A stretch of DNA of 64,000 bases from Octopus sinensis (lineage: Eukaryota). Below are positions 38,976-54,455 of the stretch, one piece after another. The notes under the pieces were generated by a model that did not search any database, was not told the origin of the DNA, and worked only from the letters and a program-made list of their open reading frames with translations. The stretch lies in contig NC_043010.1 in assembly GCF_006345805.1 (NCBI RefSeq), positions 39,990,001 to 40,054,000 on the forward strand. Reading direction: 5' to 3'. The first letter of the stretch is position 1. The number at the start of each line of letters is the position of its first letter. Made by a program: the position numbers and the translations under genes.

Positions 38976-40061
38976 ATATCTATGGTCCTCAGATCGTTCA
39001 ATGACATTTTATGCTATTCTTAATCTGAATTCACTGTTCGCTTATCCAGCGCATTTGAATAATAATTTCTCATCTGCTCACTTTCTATATTACCTTGCAT
39101 CATCTCTTAACACTGTCGATAGAGCATCAACATTTTAATGACGTTCTAATAAGAGTCATCTTGAGGTAAATCTTCATGATAATTGATTAGGTCTTTTTCG
39201 CTTCTGCGATCAACCAACCGCCCTCTCACCCCAACTCTACGTTTATGAAAAGCACTTGTTGATCAATTGGTTCATAGACTCGAAATTATTGATCATAATC
39301 TAGAAAATGCTACCAATAGATAAAGACATTTCCGTGAGTGAATGGAGAGGAGGAATTGAAAATACGAATCATCATGCTTATGAAAAAATATTGCTATATA
39401 TATATATATTATAATTTGTACAAACATTGCACCAATTCTCAATGGGAAATGTTTCCTCGAATAATTCATTATCTTTCTTAATGTCCACTTATAGATCAGA
39501 ATATATTTTGATTTCTACTTCATTAGATTTACGTTGCTAATAACATATCTGAAATGCTTGTCTCTTTATCTATCGCCACCGCTATGTACGCACGAACACA
39601 AGACCACGTATGGACACTCGGCGGGCTGCACGCTTTCTTTAGCAAACCAAGATCATCAATCTCTCACACCTCATTGAGAAATATCAATTAAACTCGCCGT
39701 ATTTAATTAGCCTCTTTGGTAAAGAATCCTTGTTTTATTTTCCGCCATTAACATAAATTAGCTTCGTTTCCGTTAACAAAATGGAATTTTTGTTTACATA
39801 ATTATGTAATGGCTGATTACAAATCTAACTATTCCCTTGTACCTGAACGACCTTCTCTAGTAGATTCCATACGAAAATATCTTGACGAATTGCATGATAT
39901 ATCCACATCATATAGAAATAATTCATCCTACCACGGATTTCCTATCACATAAGTTCTAATCAATTCATCTTCGAAGGCATTCTAGTCATAAGCATCCAAT
40001 CTTTGTTTCAAACCCGCTGCATCTAAGTCTACATTATACAAAATCTCTTACCAGATTGAAA

Positions 40062-40302
40062 ATTGCATGATATAATTTGAGAATAACTTGTATGTAATTC
40101 TCTGCAGTCTGAGTGCCCGCATAGCATTTCTGCTGCGGTAAACTATATTTGAATTTCGAATCCTTTAAGGGAGTGTATGGTGTTATTATGCTGAATATGG
40201 TCGATTTCACCTTATTCTTGGCTAAATTGGAAATAGTTTCCAATACACACCAAGATCTCAATATTTGCTGCAGGTAAAAATCTGAAGAGATATCTAACGT
40301 CC
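40062..40302 (-). repeat. Unclassified ~240-bp repeat, copy 2
   Basis: Contains CAAGATCTCAATATTTGCTGCAGGTAA, the reverse complement of TTACCTGCAGCAAATATTGAGATCTTG at 37.9 kb. Confidence 0.8.
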
Positions 40303-41829
40303 AGTTCCTTTACGTATTGTCAGCATTGTTTTATTATATAAAATGATTTTATTATATAAAATGATTTTATATGGAATCATGCAGTTCTACTTCTTAAATT
40401 ATGCGTATTTCTGTGAGTAAATATTTCTGTTTAATAATAACTTAAAAACCAGCTTTCAGAATATTGGTTTCCAATGAAAATGAAATAGTAATGACATAAT
40501 GATTACAGAATTGTTAAATTACCAGGTATTAGATAACGGAATGTAATCGCAATCGAGGGAAATTCGCTTAGAAATAGGAAACGTTGTCACGTGTTAATTT
40601 CTTAATTTACTCTCATATTTCGTTTACTTTCCTATCATTCAACGGATCTCATCTTGTTTCCACCTACTCCTAATGTAATTGGTTTAGGCAACTATATTTC
40701 TCCTATAGGGAATGCTAGTTAACAAAAATTTATTGAAATAAGTTCGTAAACCTTAGATTTCCCTAGGGATCAATCAATCAGAATTGAGTTTAACTATAAT
40801 TCCAGAGCTATATATGTTCCAAATGATGGATTACTTCGAGCAGGTAATTACACATGACTGCAATAAATCCAATTAAATCTTTAAATACTGGAATCAATGT
40901 CATAACGTTATTACATACTACATAAAACTTTAAAATATTGAGTGACATCTCTCAGAAGATTACATGGGAATAGTAATGACTTCATTAAAAGCTGCCAACT
41001 AAACCACACTAAATATATCTCGCAAGAAATATTTAAATAGCAGTCGACCGAACTATTAATCAGTCTATCTGTAAAGATATCTCTCCTTACTTACACTTTA
41101 AATAAATTTGAATTTCTCCCTTACATTCCAATATACATATGCTGTGTTTAAGCAAAGGAAACCCGTATATATATATTCGTTTATATAACATACGATATTT
41201 CTTTTGTTTTTTCACCCCAAATTAACCTTCACAAAGGCATTCTAGGTGTTAAAACGTAGTCTAAAAATAAATTAACCAAGTGTCATGTCCACTGGTGAAT
41301 TTAGAGACAGATTTTGGTTGTTATTACTAACAGGGAAATTGTCCATGTAGATGTTTTTTCAATACTGAAAGTGTAGAATAAGGCAAATTATATCGTTGCA
41401 AAGGCTGTTTGTGCCGCTAATAACAAAATCAAACACAGCCCGACAGATTTTCGCAGCATCACTGACTGTTTATCCTAATATTAAACTATATCGATTGGGT
41501 TCATTTTTCGATCTAGCATTAGGTAATCTGGCTGACTGTTACTGATGATCCATAATTTACGGTGAAATCACCTGATTCAACAGTACTATCTGTTGGTGCT
41601 GACGAAATTTCGTCAACCAATACAACCTGTGCATTTTAACATTTGTCGTCTACACGGAACAAATTCTCCACAGGTTTACCGCAGTCCTACGCGTTCTAAA
41701 CAATATTTCCAAGTTAGATTTTGTGCTTTTATACACTACCTTATATATAGATATATGTGAGTGTGTGTATATCTTAGTGTGTGTTTTATATGCGTGTATA
41801 TATGTGTGCAAGAGAGAGAGAGAGAGAGT

Positions 41830-42480
41830 AGTGTAAGAAGGAATTTCAACCTGTTTCGTGGCCTGCTACCACAACAGCTCCTTTATAGGTTCCAGTTAGC
41901 TCAAGGCATCATCAGGAGGAACCACGCCCGGTTTCGGCTCCTACTCCTCTACCGTTTTGACGTGGCGACCCCCTACTTTCGGAGGTGTCTTCAGCTTTGG
42001 TGTTGAGTGCATGTCTTCTTTCTCCTTCTTTCTTCTGTTCCCTGGCCTCTTCGATGTAGCGTCAACGAGTGTCAGCGGGCGAATGACTGTCTTGTCAAAT
42101 TTCCCTTTTAATACCTGCAGCCTCACACAGAAATGTGAAAATTTTGATTTTACCGGCGAGTGTGCTAAATTATAAGGCAAAAAAAGAAAATGACACTCCC
42201 CAGACACAACAGAATATGCTTCAACACACGAACTCACATAAAGAATCTTGCAAACCAAATCCCAAAACGAAACATATGAACTCAATTTGCACGTAATGAT
42301 CATATAAATATCTATGCGTACAGATACAGAAATACATAGTGATATATACGTTAATTCACATTTATACGCACACATATGCGTATAAATTAACATTACGGCA
42401 CGACCATAAAAAGAAAAAAAACAAAATTCAAAATAGAAGCCTACGGAGACGTATAGACAAAGAGACACAAGTAAAATTAC
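41830..42480 (-). mobile_element. Penelope-like terminal-repeat relic with decayed hammerhead-like motifs
   Basis: Minus strand CTGAAGA-C-ACCTCC-GAAAGTA-GGGGGT-C-GCCAC-GTC (GAAAC replaced by GCCAC) at 41958-41998, and a CTGATGATGCC at ~41905; (AG)n flank. Confidence 0.4.
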
Positions 42481-42729
42481 AATCCCAAGTCAAAATAACT
42501 AATTCGCTAGAAAATGGTACTTTCACTTTTGAAGTGATGGCTTTATGAAGATAAGGAGATAATTTAAAGGGAAGAAAGGAAAAGACCAGACAACCTATGA
42601 CATAGACGGTTGAGATGTGGTAGAACTCATAAAATCGCCGACAGTCTACGCCCCCGTTCCGCTACATTTACGTAAATTGACGATAGGCCATCAAATACTC
42701 CCAGACATACTTAAAGACACGCGCACGCA

Positions 42730-42827
42730 CACACACACGCTTACACATACGCATATATATATATATATATATATGCCACTGTGTGTAGGTATGTAGTGTG
42801 TGTGTGAGTGAGTGCATATATACATGC

Positions 42828-42860
<33 letters not shown>

Positions 42861-42957
42861 GTGTGTGTGTGTGTGCATACACAATGTGTATTACACATTT
42901 ATATATATGTAATGTGTGCGAGTATGTATATATACACACACACACACACATATATAT

Positions 42958-43025
<68 letters not shown>

Positions 43026-43225
43026 ACACATAAGTATAGTTATAAGTGTGTATATATGTAAATATATAGAGAGGTGTGTATATATGTGTGTGTGTGTGTG
43101 TGTGTGTAGATACGCAATACAAATTGTCTTATACTGAAAAACATACGCACACATACAAATATACATATGCATATATATACATAAGAGAACAAAATGTATA
43201 CATACATACATATATATATATAAAC
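42730..43225. repeat. Compound (CA)/(TA)/(TG) microsatellite
   Basis: Direct read. Confidence 0.95.
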
Positions 43226-43568
43226 TGATGTTTTACAATAGAAACTACTTTGTAAACTCATGCGTGTTTTTATTAATACATTGAATTAATTTTATCTATC
43301 AATTTCTGGAGGTTATTCGACTGAAGGACAACAAAAACGTAGATGAAAGGCTTGTTACAACTAAGAAATTAGTAAAGTTAAATGTTTCCCAACAATTACT
43401 TTTCTTCAAAGTTATAAGGGATAACGGTGCTAATAAAATTCTAAAACAGAAGACATACTAAATGAAACCTAGACTAATTACCCTTGCATACACATCTGTG
43501 CGATACACATACACATGAATACACATACTCAAAGACATATACAAATAGATATTTGTTATACATACATA

Positions 43569-44813
43569 CAGGGCCCTACAAAGACGGCGGACGTTTTTGT
43601 CAAAATTGTGTGGAAAACAATATCCCTCATGTGTTGTCCGTTTTCATTGAGGCATTTCTGAAGGTGTTCTTGGTAGTTTGCTTCCACTCTCTCCAGTATT
43701 GCTCTATCGATTTGGGCGACTTCCACGCTAATAGCTTCCTTCATATCGTCCAAGGTACGGGTCTTATGCGCATACGTATGTGTTTTGAGGTTTCCCCGCA
43801 AGAAATAATCACACATGGACAAATCAGGGGAGCCAGCAGACCAAGAAATGTCAATAAACCTGGAAATGCGGGGGTCACCGAAAGAGGGCGAAGGATGTCC
43901 ATTGATGCTTTCCCTATGTGGGCTGTCGCCACATCCTGCTGAAACCACACACACCGATAGACATACGTTTTCGTCGTAATTCAGGTACAAAGAAGTTCTT
44001 TATCATCTTGATGTAATGCCCAGAATTAAACAGTAAAAATATTTCCAATATTGTCTTCAAAAACGTAAGGACTAGTGACGGCCGCATTACCAAAAGCACA
44101 CCAGACCGTCACTTTTGAACTGTCCAGTGGTCTTTCGCGTAGTTCTCTTGGATTTTCAAGGGCCCAATCACCAAAGTTCTAATGATTCACCATTCCATTA
44201 AGATGAAAATGAGCTTCATCACTCATTAACAAAATGAGGTTGCCATTTGCCTAAAAAATTGCTCCCATTTGACGTGGCATGTTATGCCCCTGTGCATAGT
44301 GCCATGGTTTCAACTGTTCCTTAATGGCCAAATTTTACCGGTAAAAATACAGGTTTTCGCCTTACCGATCGATTACTGATCCAAAGTTCAGTAGAATTCC
44401 CACGAGCAGAGTGATTTGGACTCCGTATCAGAGCTTATCTGATGCGTTCCACATTTTCTGGGGTCCATAGGGCTGGTGCCCGCCCCCTACCAGTCTCCTA
44501 TTCATTAGTGTACTAGGCTACGAAATACATTCACCCAACGTAAGATTTTGTTACGTGTAGGAGCAGCTTGATTGCGGTGAATGTTGAAGTATGGAGCCGA
44601 AACTGACTCTGAAATGTTGTGATACACTCGTTACTCTTAATGCAACTGTCGTAGACAAACGCGCGATGTTCTATCGTCTACAACGCCAAGACTTCACTTG
44701 AAAATCAATGCTAAAGCACCACGGACCGAATACTACCTGTCGCACATGTGACCCTCCCCCTGGGGCTGAGTAATAGCTATTTTCAAAACGTCCCTTCTCT
44801 CTGCACCACCCTG
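43569..44813 (-). mobile_element. Full-length decayed Tc1/mariner-superfamily element, DD41D (rosa-like) transposase
   Basis: TA-flanked imperfect TIRs CAGGG...GGACGTTTT. Frameshifted transposase with HRAFVYDS...NKILRWVN, WFQQDVATAH and SPDLSMCDYFL; 41-residue D-D spacing by consensus alignment. Confidence 0.85.
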
Positions 44814-45054
44814 TATATATATATATATATATATATATCACTGATGACTTCCTCTCTAGTAATGCCTTCCTTATATATTGAACAAATGTAATTCTTTCTT
44901 CCACAATTGAATTGAACTTCATATTCGAGGTTTTGATGAAGCTATGGTGCTTCTTATGGCAGAAACAGCTGTCAGCTAATCAAAGTTATCACATAACCGT
45001 TGTTTTTCATGTTTCATCTCATTTATTATATACATAAATATACATATTCGTTTG

Positions 45055-45138
<84 letters not shown>

Positions 45139-45159
45139 TGTGGTGTGTGTGTGTGTATA

Positions 45160-46457
45160 CAGGGTGCAGTGAGAAAATATCGTCTAAATTACGCTAAAAT
45201 GAATATAACACTGACATCTCATTTTAACAGATATATTTACGAAAATTGCATAAAACTGTCGTGAAATACTACAGAGTAAATTATTCAATAAAACCGCAAT
45301 TGGCTTCAACCATGTCCTCCAAACGACTTCGGAATCTCTTGCAACTATTCTGGACGGCCTTCTCGTTTAAGTTGCTGAATGCTACCATAATCCTTGCCTT
45401 CAGTTCATCTTTGGTATTACAAGGAGATTTGTTGCTCTCTGACTCGACAGAGCCCTACACATAATTATCAAGGAGTTGCAATCTGGAAGTTAGCTGGCCA
45501 AATGTTTGGGGGTGCTGTGGTGGGAGAAATTGTCTGACAGCCATGATTGCGTTCTCTTGCTTGTTTAGCTTGGTGCAGAGTCCTTTTGCCCAACACAGGG
45601 TGTCCCAGCAGCCACCTTCTTGACTCAGGGAAACATTACCTCCTCCAGGCACTTGATGTGGGCTTCCGTATTGAGTCGTGGTCGTGTGGGAAGATGAATG
45701 AAGGCATAACGTCACCATCACTAATAATCACTCCAAACACTTTGATGTTGACATGATATTTGACTGTTATTACTCTGAGCACATGTTTTGGGGACACGGC
45801 AAATCAGCAGTTGTTCTATGCGTTCACCATCTGATCTTGGTAGACATTTTTATCGTCGGAGAAAAATTAAAGCATGTTCGGTTAGAGGGGTTGTTTGAGT
45901 TTGTTGAAAAGCATCGTAATGCTGTCTTTTCTCTTGTCCTTGATGGCTTGGGAGGAAAATTGGCCCTTTCTCACCTTGTATGAGAAATTCCGAATGTCTT
46001 CATGCACCACCTGCCTAAGAAATTCAGACACTCCCATGTCCCTGGCGATTGACCTGATTGACTTGGAGGAATCGTTGTCAATCATGGCCTGGATCTCACC
46101 AACAAATTTAGGAATTTTTTTTCTTATGAGAACGATCAGAGTGAGTTTTCCGATCTGCGTTACCTTCGTAATCACCATTAATCTCATCCAACTCTTTCTG
46201 AATCGTCTGCACTATCCTCCGACTGACACCCAAACACTCTGAAATGTTCCTATTGAAACTTCCGGCGCGGGTGCCAAGCAGTACAGCATGTCGTTTCCAA
46301 ATTTCTGGCAGAGTGAATTGCGTCATGGTGCTTTTTTTTCTCTCAGACGGTGCCAACTGACCCTACTCTGCTATGTAGTCGACAAAATCAAGAACAAAGG
46401 ATGCGCATGCGCGAAATTACAAATATAAAGTGGCGTCAATTTACACGTTGCATGCTG
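45160..46457 (-). mobile_element. Full-length decayed maT/DD37D-like transposon
   Basis: TA-flanked ends CAGGGTGCA / CAGCATGCA. ORF pieces MAPSE..EIWKRHAV, SIRSIARDMGVSEFL, KDSAP..TSKRTQSWLSDNF and PDCN.L. Confidence 0.85.
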
Positions 46458-46807
46458 TATATACATACATATAACTCTGTGTGTGTGTGTGTGTGTGCGT
46501 ATGTATGCATATATGTATGAATGTATGTGTGTATAACTATATATATATATGTATAACTATATATACAGGCAGTCAGGCAGGCAGGCAGACAGTCAGACAG
46601 GCAGAGAGACATAAATATTTCGTGATATTTATGTTCCAAATTCTAGCATAACAATATCAATGATATTTTATATAATTCGTCTCTATTTTCGAAACTAACT
46701 TAAACCAAAATCGTGTAGTTTGGAAATAATATGTATAAGAAAACATTTTAATGTATTCCAAATGTCGTTACCGCATATTATATTTTATTTCTTTATATTT
46801 TACGCTG

Positions 46808-46847
<40 letters not shown>

Positions 46848-47479
46848 CAAATTGACTTGTATTTCTCAAGAGAGTAAACTACATATGAAAATAATATGCT
46901 ATTTCGATCAGGTCGAGTGACCTGATAGATTCTGCGTCGCACTTTCCTATACCTTGCTTAGGTTTAATCGAACAAGTTCTTATTCAATGAGACTAACGAA
47001 TGGGCGGTAGCTAACGTAGAGCAACAGACGTCACAATCATTCAGAACTCAACAAATAGATGTCATTACGCGATTCACTTAAGTTCACAGACAATCTGAAG
47101 TCAATGATAAGGATAATATTAACTATCTTCCACTTGTAACCAAGTGAAACCAAATCAGTATTAAATGAGAATATATTGATGATTGTTATTTGTGTAACCC
47201 CATAACCCGTCTTGTCTACTGTCTGTTCACCCCGATGATCTGAATAATTGATGTATTGTGTAATTTAAAGATGAAAGTTGATAGATGTAGAACCTTCTAA
47301 TCAACGCGTCATTGTAATAACAATAATATTTACAATTACAATGATATCTCACTAGTTTATGCTTAATGATTTCGTGATGTTCATCAGATTAAAAGCCACA
47401 CTATCACAGTTGATTGTATAGTAGTTAGGAAGTTGAGATCAATGCGTCACTGATGTAGTTAACAAGTCTATATACAAAG

Positions 47480-47480
47480 A

Positions 47481-47542
<62 letters not shown>

Positions 47543-47549
47543 CATACAT

Positions 47550-47584
<35 letters not shown>

Positions 47585-47620
47585 AAGAGAGATAATACCT
47601 ACAATACATAAATTTGTGTT

Positions 47621-47657
<37 letters not shown>

Positions 47658-47769
47658 ACATATATATAAGTCTGTGTGTGTTTGTGTGTGTGTGTAAAGT
47701 GAGTAACAGATAGACAGATAGATAGATAGACGGATAGATAGACAGACAGATAGACAGATAGATAGACAT

Positions 47770-47815
<46 letters not shown>

Positions 47816-47824
47816 GGATAGATG

Positions 47825-47899
<75 letters not shown>

Positions 47900-47900
47900 C
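47480..47900. repeat. (TA)n, (CA)n and long (GATA)n/(GACA)n microsatellite
   Basis: Direct read. Confidence 0.97.
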
Positions 47901-48229
47901 ATTTGATTGATATTGATACTAAGTTACGTTAAACACTTCGACTGAACACCACATTACTTTCGTTTCCTCTGATGTGGATATTTACACTGATTTTACTTTC
48001 AAAGCGTAAACGACCACGTTTGCCGGCCAATGGAAGCCTCAAAATGTAGAAGCGACTTTTAATTACTTTTAAATTCTTTCAAGCAAGCGCCGAAAATCTC
48101 ATGAGGTGGACGTATCACACACGTATGCAGGATGAGATGAAGCAAATATGTATTGAATTACTAACACCAAAGAAATGTGTTGTGAGCTACTTTCTTTAGC
48201 TCGCACGGGTATTCATATATATACATTCA

Positions 48230-48241
48230 TACATATACATA

Positions 48242-48304
<63 letters not shown>

Positions 48305-49365
48305 TTAAATATTTGTCCTTATACATTTACACACACACACGCACACATACTCACGTATCCACGAACACACCTACATCCAACACACCACACACATACAACC
48401 TACATGCACATGTACGCACACTCTTATAAACACCTAGCAGAGACACAGACACACATATACGCACGTAAGCGCACACACGCACACAAGCACGCGCATGTAC
48501 ATTACGCCCACTCGACTCAAAACCCCTCCCCCACACACGCATACATTCACACACACACACACACATACATACCTACATTCATACATACATATACACACAC
48601 ACATACACACACACATAAATACACACACACACATACACACACACATAAATACACACACACACATACACACACACATACACACACACACACACATACATAT
48701 ACATACATACACACATACATATACATACATACACGCATGCACACATACATACATACACATACCTACACATACACACACATGCATACATACACACACTTAC
48801 ACACATACATACATACATACACACACACATACATACATACACACACACATACACACATACATACATACATACATGCATGCATATGGGGTTGGCTTATTGC
48901 AGGCGTGCGTCAGCGTGTGCGTGTGTGTGCCTGTGGATTCACATACACCCACACCAATTTTTCCATCAATCTTTCAATTATAAAGCGTAGGCTTGCATAC
49001 ATATATATACACACATATAAACCTCTACATTTGTACACACACGCACATACATACATATATTCACTCGCACGCACGTACACACACACACACACACACGTTT
49101 ACATATATATACTATACACGCACACACACATACACACGTACAAACACAAATTCACATACACACCGACAGATATACATACACACAATATATACCTAACCGC
49201 GCACGCACACATACACATACGGACACACACACACATACAAACGCACACATACACGCACACACATACATACACCCACACACACAAATGAACCCACACATAC
49301 ATCCCATACACACACACACACGCGCGCACCCGCATACCTTCACGCACGCACACACACACACACAT
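48230..49365. repeat. Extended (CA)n/(CATA)n compound microsatellite
   Basis: Direct read; explains the 294-aa HT-repeat ORF. Confidence 0.96.
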
Positions 49366-49665
49366 CCCTTGTCCTTACCGTACTGTCTTTGAAACTCTCC
49401 TGTCTTTAAAAAACTTGATTCGTCTACCTTTCAACTTCCGTTCTTTCAACATGTGACCTCGTGAGCACCGCCAGCAATTTTTTTCCTCTGTCTTCCCTTC
49501 TCGGGATATTTCCTTCTCCTTTGTTTCCGACGAAGAGCTCCGCTCGAAACGTTAAAACCTTCATCTTCCCTTCTTTCCTGCGCGTCCAATAATACTTTAT
49601 TTGTTCAACGTCCTCGCGTTGCTGTGTATTTTTTTATGTTTTCTTAGTTGGATTAACTATATATA
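49365..49665 (+). mobile_element. Family F copy with a degenerate hammerhead (CCGACGA)
   Basis: TTT-CCGACGA-A-GAGC-TCC-GCTC-GAAACGTT-AAA at ~49524-49556; ends TTGGATTAACTA then (TA)n. Confidence 0.8.
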
Positions 49666-49761
49666 TATATATATATAATATATATATGAGTATTACGACG
49701 AAGTAGTAGCATTAGCATTACTTTTAATTCATACTTATATGTAAATACAGCCTCAAATAAA

Positions 49762-49805
<44 letters not shown>

Positions 49806-51404
49806 ATATATATATACAGAGAGAGTGAGAGAGAGAGATAGAGTGAAATATAATTAATTCAATAAAATCAACAAATTTCACCTAGTAGTATTTCGGTATG
49901 GATAAGGACCATATTCGGTAAAAACTTATATAATTATAACAATAAGGGTTTTTGCAACACGTTGCTTGACCACATACAAAATTTTTTAGAAATAGCAGCC
50001 AAGGGACTACTATTTCCTTTACTACAAAAATATGTCTCCACAGACAACAATATTTGGAACTCACATATGGCAAAGAAAAGAGAAGAAAAATAATGAAATC
50101 AAACAGTGTTCGGTTAATTATGGACGTAAGTTTCTGGATTAGAATCATAAGACTCATTTCCTTCATCAACATAATATTCTGATAAATCTAGAAATGCTAG
50201 GAAAACTTACCGCCTATATTTCCGATCAAGCGACATCGGAACATATAAAAGCTAATCAGCATATCCACATTTATATAGACAAGTGAATTCGTATTTCCCT
50301 CCAGAACCTTTACCACGTGAGTCACAAAATAGTACTGCCGAAAAAAGATTCGTAGTTTTGTCGTAGATATATATATATGTAGATTTATTTTCTCCATTCC
50401 CTACACTTTTCAATTTAAACTCGCATGATGGGCAATCTTAAACCCTGAGTTGTATAGTCGATGTAATCTTACCGAAATCTTCGACATGTAACAAATATTA
50501 TTAAATAATTAGTTGAAGACGTACTCCTTCGATACATTTATGACGTGTACATAATTGATGCTAATTAACTGCCTATATCAATACCTTTCCGGATTGCACT
50601 ACCTAGCCGCTATATATATCTTTGCATGTATGTATGTATGTATGTATGTATGCATGCATACTGTGTCTCCCACAATGTGTATACTCTTATTGAATCATCA
50701 TAAAGTCAGAGATTGTGTACGAATAACAAAAAGGAAAAATTCAGTTTTAAGAATTTGCAAATACTTATACAATTGTTTTTGTTTTTTTTTGTTTTTTTAT
50801 GAACGCCTATTTTGAAGCGGATGATCGTTCTAGACCAGATACTTCTAATTACTCGAAGCAATGGAAAAGCAAAGTGAAAGGCACATTTCGTTAACACATT
50901 TGTGCACATTCTTTTTAACAATAAAGCTCCACAACTTCAATGATTAGCATGGGTGGACGTTGCAGGAAGTTCAGTAAACAGGACCAGTCACAACAATTAA
51001 CGGTCCAGTCAAATACAGTTTCCCTGTTGTTGCTCCTGGAATATATAAAGGGTAAAAGAAATTCATTAGTTAATCAATTGATTAATAATTAATAATTTTA
51101 CCAAGTAGTTCGGTACGTTAAACTAACCTTTTTAGGTAAAATTATATAAATATTCTATAATTATAAACAATATGTATACATATACATATCCGAGTGTATA
51201 TGTGCGTGTGTCTGTGTCTGTGTGTACACGAGCATGTGTATATATAATTCAATTTGATGTTTCCAGTTCTTAAATTTACTTTTATAACTGCACCAATTGC
51301 ACTGTGATATTTCACGTGAACATATTGATCATTAATACATATATGACGCATATATATATATATATATACACCTCGCTCAGAGATTTATTATTGCTTATAT
51401 ATAC

Positions 51405-51439
<35 letters not shown>

Positions 51440-54400
51440 ATATATATATATATGGGTTTCAGATTTTGGCACAAGGCCGGCAAATCCGAGGAAGAGTGTA
51501 AGTCGATGACATCGATGCCAGGGTTCAACTGGTACTTGTTTTATCGACCCCGATAGGATAAAAGACAAAATCGACTTTGGCGGATGACGTTCATATATAT
51601 TAATATACATATACGTATGCATATACATATATACAACTAACTTTTATCCATCGTTACAGGTTTCCATTCGTTATAATGTTGTTAGAAATATTCACTAATA
51701 CTCGATGTTCGTTGACAAAAATTTCAAACATTTTTTTATTACAATTCATTAACATTTATATTAGCGGAAACTATATTAAACGCATGAGCCGCTCTGTTTT
51801 TCGATAGAAAACTTATTTCTTGAAGCCACAGTATAGGTGTAAATGATGTTGGTGGAATTATGAATTCAGTTTTTTCGTGTATGTTTGTATATTTTATGTG
51901 TCCAAAAAAATTTGAGAGTTGCATTCTCCTTTATTTTCTCCGTTTTACATTAACGCTTGTATCATGTTGAGAAACATATCTAAGCCAATAATCTATGTAA
52001 TCGATTATTAGAATTTCATTGATCATTAAATTCTAGCTGATGCTAGTAAATTGTAAGAATAAGATAAGAGACATGACATGTGAGTCGATGTAGTTATTTA
52101 TTATCAATTGAGAGATTCGGTAGATTCTCTATATCTAAATTATTTCCGTTATTGCTCCTGAAATGCTTCTATCGTAATGAATGATATTTAATCACAGCAC
52201 AATAGGGAATATCTGGTCATATATCAGATATGTATCAGAATTTTTGCAGCTTTATATTACTCACGGAATTTGAGCAGTTAATTTATGTGAGTCGTGTGGC
52301 CGTACACTATATCGTTATTATTGTTGTTGTATTGTTTGCTTTTAGCTAAGCCAGACCTACTGGAGCCTATATACAATATATAAGCATCTATGTTCCAATT
52401 AGGACCGTTCTCTCGCGCTTTTATTTCTTTTTAATTTAGTTCTACTAATTTCAATATGGATCCTCGTTTTTTTTTTTGAAACGCTAGAATAGGAGTGCAT
52501 GGATATTTGTCATAGAAGCGAATAACTAATTGGTGTTTACGAATGTTTGTTGTCCGTTTTTTTCTTCTTTAGCCTCAGGCCAGTTTCGAAGAGTTGACCA
52601 ATTATCAGCGACTAGCCATCCGTAGCCTTCCCATCTTTTATTAGATATAATGTACATAGGAATACATTTTCCAATGCGTTGCCTCTTTTAGAAAACAGCG
52701 GGGTGTATGACATAGGGGAGATTTTGATGCTAAGTTAGGAGATAAATCACAAATGAAATCAAGATTCCAATCTTAGTTTTCCAAAATAAATGAATAATTT
52801 TGAATATTAATAAAAGCTAATCTAAATTTGATATTTTGACGCAGAAAACGTTCCAAATTACGCTAGAATTAATTATTCGGTGAGTAAAAACAATATTACT
52901 CGTTAAACAATTTTAATTAATTCAGTAAGTGTAAGTGAAGATACCGAATTTATTTAAGTTTTGATATAACTTCATCAAGGGACAGTACATTCGCAGAATC
53001 ACGAGAGCATCGGTAAAAATATGGTCTGCTATTTCTTCCAGTTCTTGATGTTCTGTGTGCAAATCCTGGCGGTGCTGATAAATTAAGGTATTAGCCAAGT
53101 GCTGTAGTTAAATTAATCGTGTAACCACACACCCCCACAAAGTGCTTGGCGGTATTTCTTCCGGTGTTTGTACATTCTGAGTGAAAATACCATGAAAATA
53201 CCACCAACGTTAATGTAATGGAATATTAATCAAGTACTCTAGTCAATTTAATCAACAAATTAAACTTCTTAATCCACAAATCCCTTCCGGTATTTCTTCC
53301 GGAATTTTTACGTTGAGTGCATATCCTAATGAGGCGATAATAAAGCATACATGCGTTAAAGCGTACACGAGTGCAAGTATGATGAATTTAATCGATGAAA
53401 ATATCCATATTCACCCCTAAATAATGCTTTGCACCTTTGTTAGATAAATCAATTATTAAATTATCAATGAAATATAAACTTCGAGTTTAAATAGTGTTGG
53501 GGAAAGCAGAAAGCTTTCTAGATTGTGGACGGGTTGGTGTAGACAACTACAACTATTTAAAGAACAAATCACCTAGTGACACCATTCACAACCAAAATAG
53601 TAATTATGTTGGTGATAGTATACTGAATGCAGAGAGCATCATAAGGCAGGCAAACATTGATCATTGACATATATTAATTGGATATTCGTTGCAAGTAGTT
53701 ATGAACTGCCAAGCGGGTTTTAGTTTGTAATATCGTCGTCAGTAAATACTCAGAGGTATATTTGTAACCACAACATTACGCAAAATATATCCAATTAAAA
53801 TACCATCAATGATTAATTTTTGGCTGTCTTATGATGAAAATTGAAGAATTGCTGTTGATTTATGGCAGCAAAATGATCTGTATTACATCCAAAGTTTACG
53901 AGTTGAAATATTTAATTGAAATCTCAGCTGATTTCGTAGGAGGATTGATATAAAATGCTTACATGTCTGATAAGCACACGTCGTCAGTCAATGCAGATAA
54001 TAAATACGGATTTAATTTGAGATTAAAAAGAGTTCCAGGAATTAAAGCAGAAAAAGACGTTTGAAGAAAATCTCTTTAATCTGAAAAGAATTTACAGTCC
54101 CGGAAGGTTAATAGCAGCTTTCAAAATCCTTAAAGAAAATACTATATAACTTTTGGGATTCCAAATACAATTTTCGTTTAATCGGATAACACCATAAATC
54201 ATAATGGTTCTGATATAAGCACGTACATCAGAGTGCTGATCACGATTATCAATGCTATTTACAAAAGATCATAAATTAATGCGTATAATTCCATTAATCT
54301 AGAAGTTGAAAGATAATGTTTCAAGCAAACTTAGCATAGACCACAAGCCTGAATATTAAGTTCAAATTCATTGTGAAAGAATTCAAATATCAAGCGATAT

Positions 54401-54455
54401 TTAAATAGCATGCACCTATGTACCTATGATATATTCCAGTTAGCTCCACAGTTTC

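Noticed and set aside
37891-40302. A single 2.4-kb MULE-like element with 240-bp TIRs
   Set aside because: No TSD, and the SINE split by the left arm resumes immediately after that arm, so the arms are independent insertions.
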